Shown here piece after piece: positions 39,099 to 48,402 of a stretch of 64,000 nucleotides of DNA. A model generated the notes under the pieces. The model searched no databases. It saw nothing but the letters and a program-made list of their open reading frames with translations, and was not told where the DNA came from. This stretch comes from Bacteroidales bacterium (lineage in GTDB: Bacteria; Bacteroidota; Bacteroidia; Bacteroidales; P3): positions 2,176 through 66,175 of the forward strand of contig JAFXAA010000030.1 in NCBI GenBank assembly GCA_017522105.1, written 5' to 3'. Positions within the stretch are counted from its first letter, which is position 1. Every line of letters starts with the position of its first letter. The translations under genes and the position numbers were made by a program.

Positions 39099-40985
39099 TT
39101 AGGATTTAGCGGCGTGGATGATGGCTGATTTGTCAATATGACAGTCGGCCTTCAGCTGCGGGACGCTGCCGTGGGTGACGAACTCGTCAGGAATGGCGAG
39201 GATTGACACGCGGCACACCGCCTCAGGATGGCTGGTGGCAAAGTATTCTGTCACCGCTTCGCCGAAGCCTCCCAGGCGGCAGCCGTCCTCGACGGTGACG
39301 ATGCGGCGGTAGCCGGCGGCGGCAATGGCGTCAAGCATACGTGTGTCGAGCGGCTTGAGGAAGCGCATGTCATAGACAGCAACTGAAATTCCTTGAGCCT
39401 CAAGTTCTTCTGCGGCCTGAAGGGCGTCGTTGCCGGGATGGCCGAGGCTGACTATAGCCACGTCCTTGCCATTGCGCAGGCAGCGACCCTCCCCCACCCT
39501 GATTTCGCAAAAATCTGATTGCCAATCGCTATGTACGCTGGCGCCACGCGGATAACGAATGACCATTGGGCCGTGGCCTGGCAGTTGTGCGGTGTACATC
39601 ATGTTGCGCAGTTCATGCTCGTTCATTGGTGCACAGACTGTAAGGTTCGGCACCGGGCGCAGGTATGCCAGGTCGAAGGTGCCATGGTGTGTGGGGCCGT
39701 CGTCGCCCACCAGGCCGGCACGGTCGAGGCAGATGACTACCGGCAGGCGCTGCAGAGCCACGTCGTGTATGATTTGGTCGTAGGCGCGCTGGGCGAATGA
39801 TGAGTAGATGTTGCAGAACGGAATCATACCTGCCGCAGCGAGGCCCGCCGAGAATGTGACGGCGTGCTGTTCGGCGATGCCCACGTCGAAGACACGGTCA
39901 GGCATCTGCTCCATCATCATGTTGAGCGAGCATCCTGTGGCCATGGCTGGCGTTATGCCGACGATGGCAGGGTTCTGCTGTGCCAGCTCTATGATGGTGC
40001 GGCCGAAGACCTCCTGGTATTTCAAGGGCTTGTCCACTTCCTCAGCCTTTATGCGGTTGCCGGTACGAATGTCGTACAGCCCTGGTGCGTGGTAGGCCAC
40101 GGGGTTCTGCTCTGCCTGTCGCAGTCCTTTGCCTTTCTTGGTGACGACGTGGAGGAGCTTGGGGCCTTCAATGTCGCGCAAGCGTTTCAGTATGTCGACG
40201 AGATCGTTGATATTGTGGCCGTCAACAGGTCCGAAGTAGCGTATGCCGAGAGCCTCGAAGAGGTTGCTGCCGCCCACTGCCACGGTCTTGGCGGTGGAGG
40301 TGAGGCGCTGGAAGAAGTCGAGCACGCGGTCGTGGCGGCGCCCGTCGTCGCTGCCGTCGAGGCGCTGCCACACCTGCTGCTTGAGTTTGTTGTAGCGTCG
40401 CGAGGCGGTTATGCGCGTCAGGTAGCCGTTGAGGCCGCCCACAGCCTTGTCTATGGATATGCCGTTGTCGTTGAGCACAATGAGCAGGTTGGCTCGCGAG
40501 TCGCCCACGTTGTTAAGTGCCTCGAAAGCTTCGCCGCCGCTGAGAGCCCCGTCGCCAATGACGGCTATGTGGCATCGCGAAGTGTTGCCCTGGAGGCGGC
40601 TCGCCGTGGCCATGCCGAGGGCTGCGGAGATGGACGTGGAGCTGTGGCCTGTGCCGAAAGCGTCGTAGGGGCTTTCGCTCATCTTCGGGAAGCCGCTGAG
40701 GCCTCCGTAGGTGCGTATGGTGGAGAAGCGCTCTCCCCTACCCGTCAGTATCTTGTGGGCGTAGGCCTGGTGCCCGACATCCCATACGAGTTTGTCGTCG
40801 GGGGTGTTGAAGACGTAGTGCAGGGCTATGGTGAGTTCCACCGTGCCGAGGCTCGAAGCGAGGTGGCCGGGGTGCGACGAGAGGGTGTCTATGATGTAGT
40901 CGCGCAGCTGGTCGGCAATCGGAGCCAGCTGGTCGAGGGGTATGCGCTTGAGGTCGGCGGGCGAGTGTATGTCTCGGAGTACCAT
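39099..40985 (-). CDS. dxs: 1-deoxy-D-xylulose-5-phosphate synthase
   Basis: TPP motif GDGALSGGEAFEALNN, with transketolase-like pyrimidine-binding and C-terminal domains. Confidence 0.95.
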   Translation of the reverse strand: MVLRDIHSPADLKRIPLDQLAPIADQLRDYIIDTLSSHPGHLASSLGTVELTIALHYVFNTPDDKLVWDVGHQAYAHKILTGRGERFSTIRTYGGLSGFPKMSESPYDAFGTGHSSTSISAALGMATASRLQGNTSRCHIAVIGDGALSGGEAFEALNNVGDSRANLLIVLNDNGISIDKAVGGLNGYLTRITASRRYNKLKQQVWQRLDGSDDGRRHDRVLDFFQRLTSTAKTVAVGGSNLFEALGIRYFGPVDGHNINDLVDILKRLRDIEGPKLLHVVTKKGKGLRQAEQNPVAYHAPGLYDIRTGNRIKAEEVDKPLKYQEVFGRTIIELAQQNPAIVGITPAMATGCSLNMMMEQMPDRVFDVGIAEQHAVTFSAGLAAAGMIPFCNIYSSFAQRAYDQIIHDVALQRLPVVICLDRAGLVGDDGPTHHGTFDLAYLRPVPNLTVCAPMNEHELRNMMYTAQLPGHGPMVIRYPRGASVHSDWQSDFCEIRVGEGRCLRNGKDVAIVSLGHPGNDALQAAEELEAQGISVAVYDMRFLKPLDTRMLDAIAAAGYRRIVTVEDGCRLGGFGEAVTEYFATSHPEAVCRVSILAIPDEFVTHGSVPQLKADCHIDKSAIIHAAKS

Positions 40986-41017
40986 TCAGTGTTCTGTGTT
41001 TCGTGTTCTGTGTTCGA

Positions 41018-41992
41018 TTATCTGACGCCGTAGGCTGGTGCCGACTTGGGCAGCGGCTCGAATGCTTTGTTCAGTTTCTTGTCCTTGAGGCGGCCCTGAG
41101 CGCCGTTGCGCAGTTCCCACTTGCCGTCGATGAAGGCATAGGCCAGCTCGAGCCCCGAAGGCACATAGTACTGGAACAGGCCTTCCATGCCGGGCACCTG
41201 CGGCCCCACCTCGTCGAAGATTATCATTTTCTCTTTGTGCTGTTTGCGTTTTTCCTCGGTGCGGTAACGGTTGGTGCCGCGCACCTTGACGCGCTGGCGC
41301 TGAACCTCCTCGACGTACTGCTCCTCGTAGCCGAGGTTGACCATGGCGTCGTTGCGATATTCCAGCACCACCCGGCGCAGGTTGCGCTCGCGGCGGAAGA
41401 GCGGGGCGCCGAACTGCGGCACGCCGCCGCGGAGTATGACGGGTTCTATTATCTTGCGTTCGGTGAGGTTGTCCACGCCGTTCCAGCCCAGCAGTGTGTA
41501 GTAGGTCTTGTCACCGTGCGAGGTCTGTATTATCTCCTGGTACACAGCTCCGAGCCAGTTGTCGGGCGTCAGCAGCGACTCCTCGCGGTTCATAATCTCC
41601 TCGCTCTTGTCGTTGAGCAAGCGATACTGGTACTCCTCCTCGCGCTCGTTGTAGAACTGCACAGCCCCGAAGCATTCGTACTCGCCGTTGTCGCGCACCA
41701 CGGCCCAGGTGAAGATGCGGAGCATCGCATCCGGCGACGTGAGCACCGAAGCCACTGTGGGCAGCTGCCATTTCCATCGTTCCGAAGCGTCTTCTTCCAA
41801 GGCCGCCGACAACTCGCCCACGGCCTGCTCCGATGCCAGGTAGCGCTCGTTGTCGGTGGGTGCTGTGGCTGTGAGTACGAGGAGCTCGGACAGACGCTGC
41901 TGGTGGAGCGCCATGCGCCCTTTGTCCTGCGCCGCCGCAACCGCCGGCACCATGGCCAGCAGCAACACCAAGGCTGTTATTCTGCATTTCAT
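41018..41992 (-). CDS. hypothetical secreted protein
   Basis: Signal peptide MKCRITALVLLLAMVPAVAAAQD. Codon usage matches neighbouring genes. No recognisable motif. Confidence 0.7.
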   Translation of the reverse strand: MKCRITALVLLLAMVPAVAAAQDKGRMALHQQRLSELLVLTATAPTDNERYLASEQAVGELSAALEEDASERWKWQLPTVASVLTSPDAMLRIFTWAVVRDNGEYECFGAVQFYNEREEEYQYRLLNDKSEEIMNREESLLTPDNWLGAVYQEIIQTSHGDKTYYTLLGWNGVDNLTERKIIEPVILRGGVPQFGAPLFRRERNLRRVVLEYRNDAMVNLGYEEQYVEEVQRQRVKVRGTNRYRTEEKRKQHKEKMIIFDEVGPQVPGMEGLFQYYVPSGLELAYAFIDGKWELRNGAQGRLKDKKLNKAFEPLPKSAPAYGVR

Positions 41993-42075
41993 TACCCTCT
42001 CTTAACGCCGGATGTTTTTATTTATTGTATAAAAGTTACGAACAGCCGTTGTTGAACGCCGCCTCTATGGCTTTT

Positions 42076-42185
42076 CTACGGAGTCCCTACGGCCGTTCTT
42101 CAGTAGTTCTTCAGTAGTTCTTCAGTCAAACACTGAAGAACTACTGAAGAACTACTGAAGAACGGCCGTAGGGGCTCCGTACCGG
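42076..42185. repeat. family B palindromic element, copy 2 (inverted loop orientation)
   Basis: CTACGGAGTCCCTACGGCCG-(TTCTTCAGTAG)x2-TTCTTCAGT-caaac-ACTGAAGAA-(CTACTGAAGAA)x2-CGGCCGTAGGGGCTCCGTACCGG. Confidence 0.95.
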
Positions 42186-42385
42186 ATGCGGTGGAGAGAG
42201 TGTGTGTATGGAACCCTAATAGGGTTATGATATGTTTGGTTGTATGTTGCTGACTATTAAAACGAAACCCATACGGGGTATTGGTGTGGCTGATGGGCGG
42301 AGGGGCGGCTGTCAATGGATGGTGCCTGTGCGGTATTGCGGCCGAAGGTGGATAAAAAAAGAGCTGTTGGAACGGAAAAAAATCG

Positions 42386-42393
42386 TAACTTTG
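42386..42393 (+). promoter_or_regulatory. -7 box TAACTTTG (priA)
   Basis: Only 8 nt separate the box from the ATG at 42402. Confidence 0.55.
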
Positions 42394-42401
42394 CAGCCAC
42401 A

Positions 42402-44867
42402 ATGGAAGAGGCCGAGGTATACTACGCCGATGTGCTGCTGCCGCTGCATCTGCCTGGCACCTATACTTATAGGGTGCCGCGCGAGATGGTGGACGAGGTG
42501 CAGGCAGGGGTGCGTGTGGTGGTGCAGTTCGGGCAGAAACGCATGTATTCCGCCCTGGTGCGCCGTCTGCACACCGAGGCGCCCCGTTGGCGCGCCAAGT
42601 ATGTGCTCGGCGTGCTCGACGAACGCCCCGTGGTCACCGAGCGACAGATGCTTTTCTGGGAGTGGATGGCTTCGTACTACATGTGCTACCCCGGCGACGT
42701 GATGGCTGTGGCACTGCCTGCCGGCATGAAGCTGGCCAGCGAGAGCGCACTGAGCATCCACCCCGACTTTGACGGTGACCTCTCGCGCCTCACCAAGTAC
42801 GAGCTGCAGGTGGTGGGGTTGCTCACCGACCACGGCACCATGCGCGTTGACGACATCAGCCACGCCCTTGGCATACAGAAGATTATGCCGCTGGTGCGCA
42901 CCATGATAGAGCGCCAGGTGGTGGTGATGGACGAGGAGTTGCGGGAGCGGTTCGTGCCGCGGAAATCGACGTATGTGCGCTTGGCCGAGGCCTACTCCAC
43001 CGAAGAGGCGCAGCGACGGCTCTTCGACGAGCTGGAGGCCAAGAAACGCACCAAACAGGTGGAGTTGCTGATGAAGTTCATGACCATGTCCGGCTTTGGC
43101 AAAGAGCTGGTAGCCAAGCGAGAGCTGCCGCAAGGGTCGGCGTTGCAGACACTGGTCAAGAACGGTGTGCTGCTGACCGAGGAGCGCGAGGAGAGCCGCC
43201 TGGAGCATTATGACAGCGACAGCCTTGTGCCTGCATCGAGCATCAAGCTCAACGACGGGCAGATGGCTGCCTATGAGGGTATCAGAACCGACAAGGCGCA
43301 CAGCGTGAGCCTGCTGCACGGCGTCACGTCGAGCGGCAAGACCGAGGTTTACATCAAGCTGATAGACGAGCAGGTGCGTGCCGGCAGGCAGGTGCTCTTC
43401 CTCCTGCCCGAGATAGCCCTCACAGCGCAAATAATCAACCGCCTGCGTCGTTATTTCGGAGACAAGGTTGGTGTCTACCACTCGCGCTTTTCGGCAAGCC
43501 AGCGCGTGGAGGTGTGGCGCCGTACGGCCCTGAAGGACGGCCCCGGCCGCTACCAGGTGCTGCTGGGTGCACGCAGTGCCGTCTTCCTGCCCTTCAGCGA
43601 CTTGGGGCTTGTCATCGTGGACGAGGAGCACGACCCCTCCTACAAGCAACAAGACCCTGCGCCGCGCTATCATGCTCGCGACGCTGCCGTGTACCTGGCC
43701 CGCCTGTGGGGTGCGCGCACCGTGCTGGGCAGCGCAACGCCGAGCATAGAGAGCTACCACAACGCCATGGACGGCAAGTACGGCCTGCAAACCATGGCGA
43801 CACGCTACGGAGGCTTCAGCCTGCCGCAGGTGGAGGTGGTGGACATGAAGCAGGCACAGCGGCAGGGCGAAGTGCACGGCCACTTCAGCGACACCTTGCT
43901 GCGCGCCATACGCGACGCACTGGCTGCGCGCCAGCAAGTGATATTGTACCAGAACCGGAGGGGCTTCTCGCTGAGGCTGGAGTGCGACGACTGCCACCAT
44001 GTGCCGCAGTGTGTGCACTGCGACGTATCGCTGGTCTACCACAAAGCCACCAACTCGCTGCGCTGCCACTACTGCGGCTACAGCATACCCGTGCCGCCGG
44101 AGTGTCCGGCATGCCACTCCACGCGTCTGCGCATGGTGGGCATCGGCACCGAGCGCGTGGAGGAAGACCTGCAAATCATGTTTCCCGAAGCCCGCGTGGC
44201 CCGCATGGACCTTGACAGCACCCTGCAGAAGAACCAGTACATTGAACTGCTCAACGACTTTGCCGAGCGGCGCATAGACATCCTTGTGGGCACGCAGATG
44301 GTCACCAAAGGGCTTGACTTCGAGCATGTGAGCGTGGTGGGCATCGTCAATGCCGACAATATAATCAACTACCCCAACTTCAGGAGCTTCGAGCGCGCCT
44401 ACCAGCAGATGACGCAGGTCAGCGGCCGCGCCGGGCGCCACGGCGACGCCGGGCGGGTGATCATACAGACCTACAACCCCAGCCACCAGATACTGCAGAA
44501 GGTGCAGGACGGCGACTACGAGGGCCTCTACCGCGACCAGGACAACGAGCGGCGCGTCTTCCGCTATCCGCCCTACTACCGCCTGGTGGAGATCACCCTC
44601 AAGCACCGCGACAGCGATGTGCTCAACGCCGCCGCCGACTGGCTCGCCGCACAGCTGCGCGGGGCTTTCGGCGCGCGGGTCATGGGACCGGAATACCCGT
44701 TGGTGAGCCGCGTCAGGGCGCTGTACCTCAAGGTGGTCGCCGTTCGTTTTGAGCGCAGCGAGGCCATAGGCGACGCCAAGAAGCTGATGATGCAGATGGC
44801 CGACGACTTGGCGAAGCAGGACGGATGGGCGCGCGTGGCGGTGCATTTTGACGTGGACCCCTACTGA
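42402..44867 (+). CDS. priA: primosomal replication-restart helicase PriA
   Basis: Walker A GVTSSGKT, the DEEH box VIVDEEHD, and a Cys-rich Zn region CDDCHH..CVHC..CHYCG..CPAC. The start is placed at MEEAEVYYADV. Confidence 0.9.
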   Translation: MEEAEVYYADVLLPLHLPGTYTYRVPREMVDEVQAGVRVVVQFGQKRMYSALVRRLHTEAPRWRAKYVLGVLDERPVVTERQMLFWEWMASYYMCYPGDVMAVALPAGMKLASESALSIHPDFDGDLSRLTKYELQVVGLLTDHGTMRVDDISHALGIQKIMPLVRTMIERQVVVMDEELRERFVPRKSTYVRLAEAYSTEEAQRRLFDELEAKKRTKQVELLMKFMTMSGFGKELVAKRELPQGSALQTLVKNGVLLTEEREESRLEHYDSDSLVPASSIKLNDGQMAAYEGIRTDKAHSVSLLHGVTSSGKTEVYIKLIDEQVRAGRQVLFLLPEIALTAQIINRLRRYFGDKVGVYHSRFSASQRVEVWRRTALKDGPGRYQVLLGARSAVFLPFSDLGLVIVDEEHDPSYKQQDPAPRYHARDAAVYLARLWGARTVLGSATPSIESYHNAMDGKYGLQTMATRYGGFSLPQVEVVDMKQAQRQGEVHGHFSDTLLRAIRDALAARQQVILYQNRRGFSLRLECDDCHHVPQCVHCDVSLVYHKATNSLRCHYCGYSIPVPPECPACHSTRLRMVGIGTERVEEDLQIMFPEARVARMDLDSTLQKNQYIELLNDFAERRIDILVGTQMVTKGLDFEHVSVVGIVNADNIINYPNFRSFERAYQQMTQVSGRAGRHGDAGRVIIQTYNPSHQILQKVQDGDYEGLYRDQDNERRVFRYPPYYRLVEITLKHRDSDVLNAAADWLAAQLRGAFGARVMGPEYPLVSRVRALYLKVVAVRFERSEAIGDAKKLMMQMADDLAKQDGWARVAVHFDVDPY

Positions 44868-44881
44868 AAAACAAAATAAAT

Positions 44882-44912
44882 TTTGCCAGATACAAAACAT
44901 TTAGTATCTTTG
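44882..44912 (+). promoter_or_regulatory. promoter: TTTG (-33) and TATCTTTG (-7)
   Basis: TTTG at 44882-44885 and TATCTTTG at 44905-44912, with a 19-nt spacer. Confidence 0.6.
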
Positions 44913-44961
44913 CAAGCGGAAAGAGAGACAAGGATTGCAGGCTGAAGCCTGTGTATCATAC

Positions 44962-45067
44962 GGTTGGGCAAGTCTTATACGACCAGCTCCCATTGAATCC
45001 CCCAGGGTAGGAATACAGCAAGGGTGTTTGGTTGTAGCGGTGCGATATAAACAGCTTGCCCTTTTTT
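44962..45067 (+). ncRNA. ffs: signal recognition particle RNA (small bacterial SRP / 4.5S type)
   Basis: Helix-8 signature at 45004-45020: AGG-GUA-GGAA-UAC-AGCA, i.e. a GGAA tetraloop flanked by the symmetric-loop AGG/AGCA. The closing helix is GGGCAAG (44966-72) / CTTGCCC (45055-61), followed by T6. A promoter lies upstream. The 5' boundary is uncertain. Confidence 0.65.
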
Positions 45068-45076
45068 AGTGCATAT

Positions 45077-46189
45077 ATGACAAACCAAGAGACTATAAAA
45101 GACCTGAGTGCCCGCAAGGAGGCATTGAGAAAATTCCTCGACATCGAGGCCACGGCGGCATGGATTGCCGAGGAAGAGAAGAAGACGGAAGCGCCCGACT
45201 TCTGGAACGACCCCAAGGAGGCGCAGAAGGTGGTGAAAGGCATCAACGCCAAGAAGGTGTGGGTGACGGCATTCAAGGATGTGGACGAGGTGTGTGGCGA
45301 CCTTGAGGTCATGGGCGAGTTCTTTGAGGCCGGCGATGCCACCGAGGAAGAGCTTCTGGCCCAGATAGCCACCACCCAGAAGAAGGTGGAGGAGTTGGAG
45401 TTCAAGAACATGCTGCGCAACGAGAGCGACCGCCTCGACGCCGTGCTTTCCATCAACGCCGGAGCCGGCGGTGTGGAAGCGCAGGACTGGGCCGAGATGC
45501 TGATGCGCATGTACATACGCTATGCCGAGACACATGGCTACAAGGTGGCAATCAGCAACAGCCTTGACGGCGAAGGCGCTGGAATAAAGAGCTGCACACT
45601 TCAGATAGAGGGCGACTTCGCCTACGGCTACCTGAAGAGTGAGACGGGTGTGCACCGCCTGGTGCGCGTCAGTCCCTTCAACGCCCAAGGCAAACGCATG
45701 ACGAGCTTCACCAGCGTCAGCGTCACACCGCTCATCGACGACACCATAGAGGTGGTCGTGGACATGTCGAAACTCTCTTGGGACACCTTCCGCAGCGGCG
45801 GCGCCGGCGGACAGAACGTCAACAAGGTGGAGAGCGGCGTGCGCCTGCGCTACCAGTACAAAGACCCCTACACCGGCGAGGAGGAGGAGATACTCATTGA
45901 AAACACCGAAACGCGCGACCAGCCGAAGAACAAAGAGAACGCCCTGCGCCTGCTGCGCTCGCAGCTCTACGACCGCGAGATGAAGCACCGCATGGAGGAG
46001 AAAGACAAAATCAAGGCCTCGCAGAAGAAGATCGAGTGGGGCTCGCAGATACGCAGTTATGTGATGGACGACCGCCGCGTCAAGGACCACCGCACCAACT
46101 ACCAGACCAGTGACGTAGCCGGTGTACTCGACGGCAAGCTCGACGAGTTCATCAAAGCCTACCTGATGCAGTTCGGCGCCGACGCCTGA
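45077..46189 (+). CDS. prfB: peptide chain release factor 2 (uninterrupted ORF)
   Basis: SPF tripeptide (RVSPFNAQG) and GGQ motif (SGGAGGQNVNKVE). The start is placed at MTNQETIKDL. Confidence 0.9.
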   Translation: MTNQETIKDLSARKEALRKFLDIEATAAWIAEEEKKTEAPDFWNDPKEAQKVVKGINAKKVWVTAFKDVDEVCGDLEVMGEFFEAGDATEEELLAQIATTQKKVEELEFKNMLRNESDRLDAVLSINAGAGGVEAQDWAEMLMRMYIRYAETHGYKVAISNSLDGEGAGIKSCTLQIEGDFAYGYLKSETGVHRLVRVSPFNAQGKRMTSFTSVSVTPLIDDTIEVVVDMSKLSWDTFRSGGAGGQNVNKVESGVRLRYQYKDPYTGEEEEILIENTETRDQPKNKENALRLLRSQLYDREMKHRMEEKDKIKASQKKIEWGSQIRSYVMDDRRVKDHRTNYQTSDVAGVLDGKLDEFIKAYLMQFGADA

Positions 46190-46239
46190 CCCCTACCCTT
46201 CCGCCACGGCAAGGATTATCTGTAAGGATGTATATACCG

Positions 46240-46273
46240 ACAGGCCCTATACTTACTGAAGCATAGGGCCTGT
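46240..46273. terminator. hairpin between the convergent prfB and beta-helix genes
   Basis: ACAGGCCCTAT-acttactgaagc-ATAGGGCCTGT (11-bp stem). The T-run is weak. Confidence 0.55.
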
Positions 46274-46293
46274 GGTTTATAGTGTTTATATTG

Positions 46294-48261
46294 TCATTGT
46301 AGCTTGAGATGCTTCTTTCCGTTCTGTATGAACACCCCGCGGAAGGCGTCGGGCACCGCAGTGCCGAGATAGCGCCCGTCAATAGTGAAGACTCTCGGGT
46401 CGCTGATGCGCTGCTCCGCCTCCACAGTCTCTATACCCACAACGCCGCCGAGGTGTGTCAGTGTGACGTTGGTGCCGCCGCTGACCGTGCCGTTGAGGTA
46501 GCAATTGTTCTCGAAGATGCCTGTACCACCGTTGGCCGTCACACTCTTTTTGAGCGTTGGAGCTGCGGGAGTGGATATAATCATGGTATAGTTGTTGTTG
46601 CCGCCAGGGCCACCGCCTCCGGGGCCACCGCCGGGGCCGCCGCCACTGGTGATGGTCGGCGTGAGGAAAGCTATTACCTCGTTGTCGTAGGTCAGTGAAT
46701 ACCAAGTGCCGCCACTCACGGACGAGGCGCGGTAGGTGGCCTGCGCCATCGTGCTGCCGTTCTCAATGCCGCCGACAGCAATGAGGACGCCACCGTTGAC
46801 GTATACCTTTTTTTGCTCCTCGCTGTTGGCATCGACGGCAAGCTCGGGCGAGCGGGCGCCTATGGCGTAGACGAGGCCGCCGTTGAGATAGCAGTTGCCG
46901 TTGGCGTCAATGCCGTCGTTGTTGCTTGAGTGGGCATATACATATCCGCCGCTGATGGTCAGGTTCTGCCCCGAATTGATAGCGTCGTCGTAGGAGTTGA
47001 TGTATATCTCACCGCCGGTGATGTCCAAAGTGTTCTTGCACTCTATGCCTTCGGCATTGCGGCCACTGGTGGTCACTCTGAGAATGCCGCCGCTGATGAC
47101 CATGCCTCCACCGTAGGTGTAGCTGTTGCCGCTCTGCGTCTTGACTCCAGCCTTGATGCCCTTGGGCGACGAATAATAGTCGCTGCTGACGTTGTCGGTA
47201 TTGCCGGTGTAGTTGGTGTTCTCCGTGGTGCCGTTGTTGTAATACAGAGTTCCTGTGGTGGTGACGGTGATGTCGCCGCCGCTGATAGTCATGACACTGT
47301 CGCACTTCATGCCTTTGCCGCCCGAGCCTGTGGCGGTAAGCGTGAGGGTGCCGCCGCTGATGTTGATGTCCATGTCGGCGCTTATACCGCAGGCGGCCGA
47401 TGTCTCAAGTTCGTCGGCATCCCATGTGCCGTTGCCACTTGTGGTGACGTCGATGACGGGGGTGCCGCTGATGTAGATGTCGCCGGCGCTCTTGATGCCC
47501 TTGGCGGCGATGGCGGCGCAGTTGACGGTGACGGTGCCGCCACTGATGTAGATGTTGCCGCTGTCCTCGTCCTCATGGTCCGCGGTCTCGCCTGTTGAGG
47601 CGGTGCCGTCCAGGTCGCACTGAATGCCGTCGTCTCCGCTGCCGCTGATGTTGACGGTGCCGCTCTCCATGAGGAAGTATTGGTTGCATGAGATGCCGTC
47701 GCCCACCGCTGATGTCACGTTGAGGGTGGCATTCTTCAGGCTGATGTATTCGCCCGCCTTGATGCCATGCTTCATGTTGCCAACCACATTGAGGGTGCCG
47801 TACTGTTTGAACTCGGCGTGCCCCTTCACATACAGGCACCCCTTCTGCGAGCCGCTGGCAGCGTCGACGAGGGTGTTGGTGGTGCCGGTGATCACCTTCA
47901 CATTGATGCGCTTGCTGTTCTGTATGTGCACTGCTGCACCGCTATACACCGGGGTGGTGTTGGTCAGGGTGAGGCCGTTCAGTTCCACGGTGGCCTTGTA
48001 AGACCCCGACATGTAGAACTCGCCGTCGGTGGAAGTGCCACTCAGCGTATATGTGATTTCGGTGGCGAGAGTGTCGCACTGCGCAATGGACACGTGGGCG
48101 CCTTCCTGCGTCACTGTCAGATACTGCGTCACGTTATCGGCCACACTGACCGTCGCCGTGTCGCCGTTGTAGACCACCGTGACGGTGTTGTTGCTCTGGG
48201 CCTGCGCCATAACACTGACACCCAGCAGCATCAATAAGCTTAAAAGGCCATTCTTTCTCAT
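46294..48261 (-). CDS. secreted beta-helix 'carbohydrate-binding domain-containing' family protein with T9SS-type C-terminus
   Basis: The start is placed at MRKNGLLSLLMLLGVSVMAQAQ. There are many ...ISGG.(V/L).(V/I).. turns. It contains a GGGPGGGPGGGGPGGNNN tract. The C-terminal ~70 aa resemble a Por secretion tail. Confidence 0.75.
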   Translation of the reverse strand: MRKNGLLSLLMLLGVSVMAQAQSNNTVTVVYNGDTATVSVADNVTQYLTVTQEGAHVSIAQCDTLATEITYTLSGTSTDGEFYMSGSYKATVELNGLTLTNTTPVYSGAAVHIQNSKRINVKVITGTTNTLVDAASGSQKGCLYVKGHAEFKQYGTLNVVGNMKHGIKAGEYISLKNATLNVTSAVGDGISCNQYFLMESGTVNISGSGDDGIQCDLDGTASTGETADHEDEDSGNIYISGGTVTVNCAAIAAKGIKSAGDIYISGTPVIDVTTSGNGTWDADELETSAACGISADMDINISGGTLTLTATGSGGKGMKCDSVMTISGGDITVTTTGTLYYNNGTTENTNYTGNTDNVSSDYYSSPKGIKAGVKTQSGNSYTYGGGMVISGGILRVTTSGRNAEGIECKNTLDITGGEIYINSYDDAINSGQNLTISGGYVYAHSSNNDGIDANGNCYLNGGLVYAIGARSPELAVDANSEEQKKVYVNGGVLIAVGGIENGSTMAQATYRASSVSGGTWYSLTYDNEVIAFLTPTITSGGGPGGGPGGGGPGGNNNYTMIISTPAAPTLKKSVTANGGTGIFENNCYLNGTVSGGTNVTLTHLGGVVGIETVEAEQRISDPRVFTIDGRYLGTAVPDAFRGVFIQNGKKHLKLQ

Positions 48262-48364
48262 TTTGTTCACTGTTTGGGTTAATTGTTTTCCGACTGCAAA
48301 AGTACTACTATTATGATTCATGCGCATTAACATATCGTCGGTTATGTTTGGCAAAAAGTACTAT

Positions 48365-48398
48365 TTTGTGGATAATATCAAAAAAATCCGTATTTTTG
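48365..48398 (+). promoter_or_regulatory. promoter: TTTG and TATTTTTG, only 4 nt before the ATG
   Basis: TTTG at 48365-68, TATTTTTG at 48391-98, ATG at 48403. Confidence 0.55.
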
Positions 48399-48402
48399 CA
48401 CT

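Noticed and set aside
42312-44900. 862-aa ORF on the minus strand
   Set aside because: It is antisense to priA, which has Walker A, DEEH and Zn-finger motifs. The composition is shadow-ORF-like, and it has no promoter or start context.
45077-45170. Programmed +1 frameshift site in prfB (CTT TGA C after about 25 codons)
   Set aside because: The RF2 ORF is continuous through the equivalent position (...ALRKFLDIEAT...). There is no in-frame TGA and no shifty CUU-UGA motif.
46240-46273. The terminator hairpin CCCTAT-ACTTACTGAAGC-ATAGGG as a miniature family B derivative
   Set aside because: It shares only the 8-nt word TACTGAAG and a vague CCCTA/TAGGG similarity. That is insufficient to assign it to the family.
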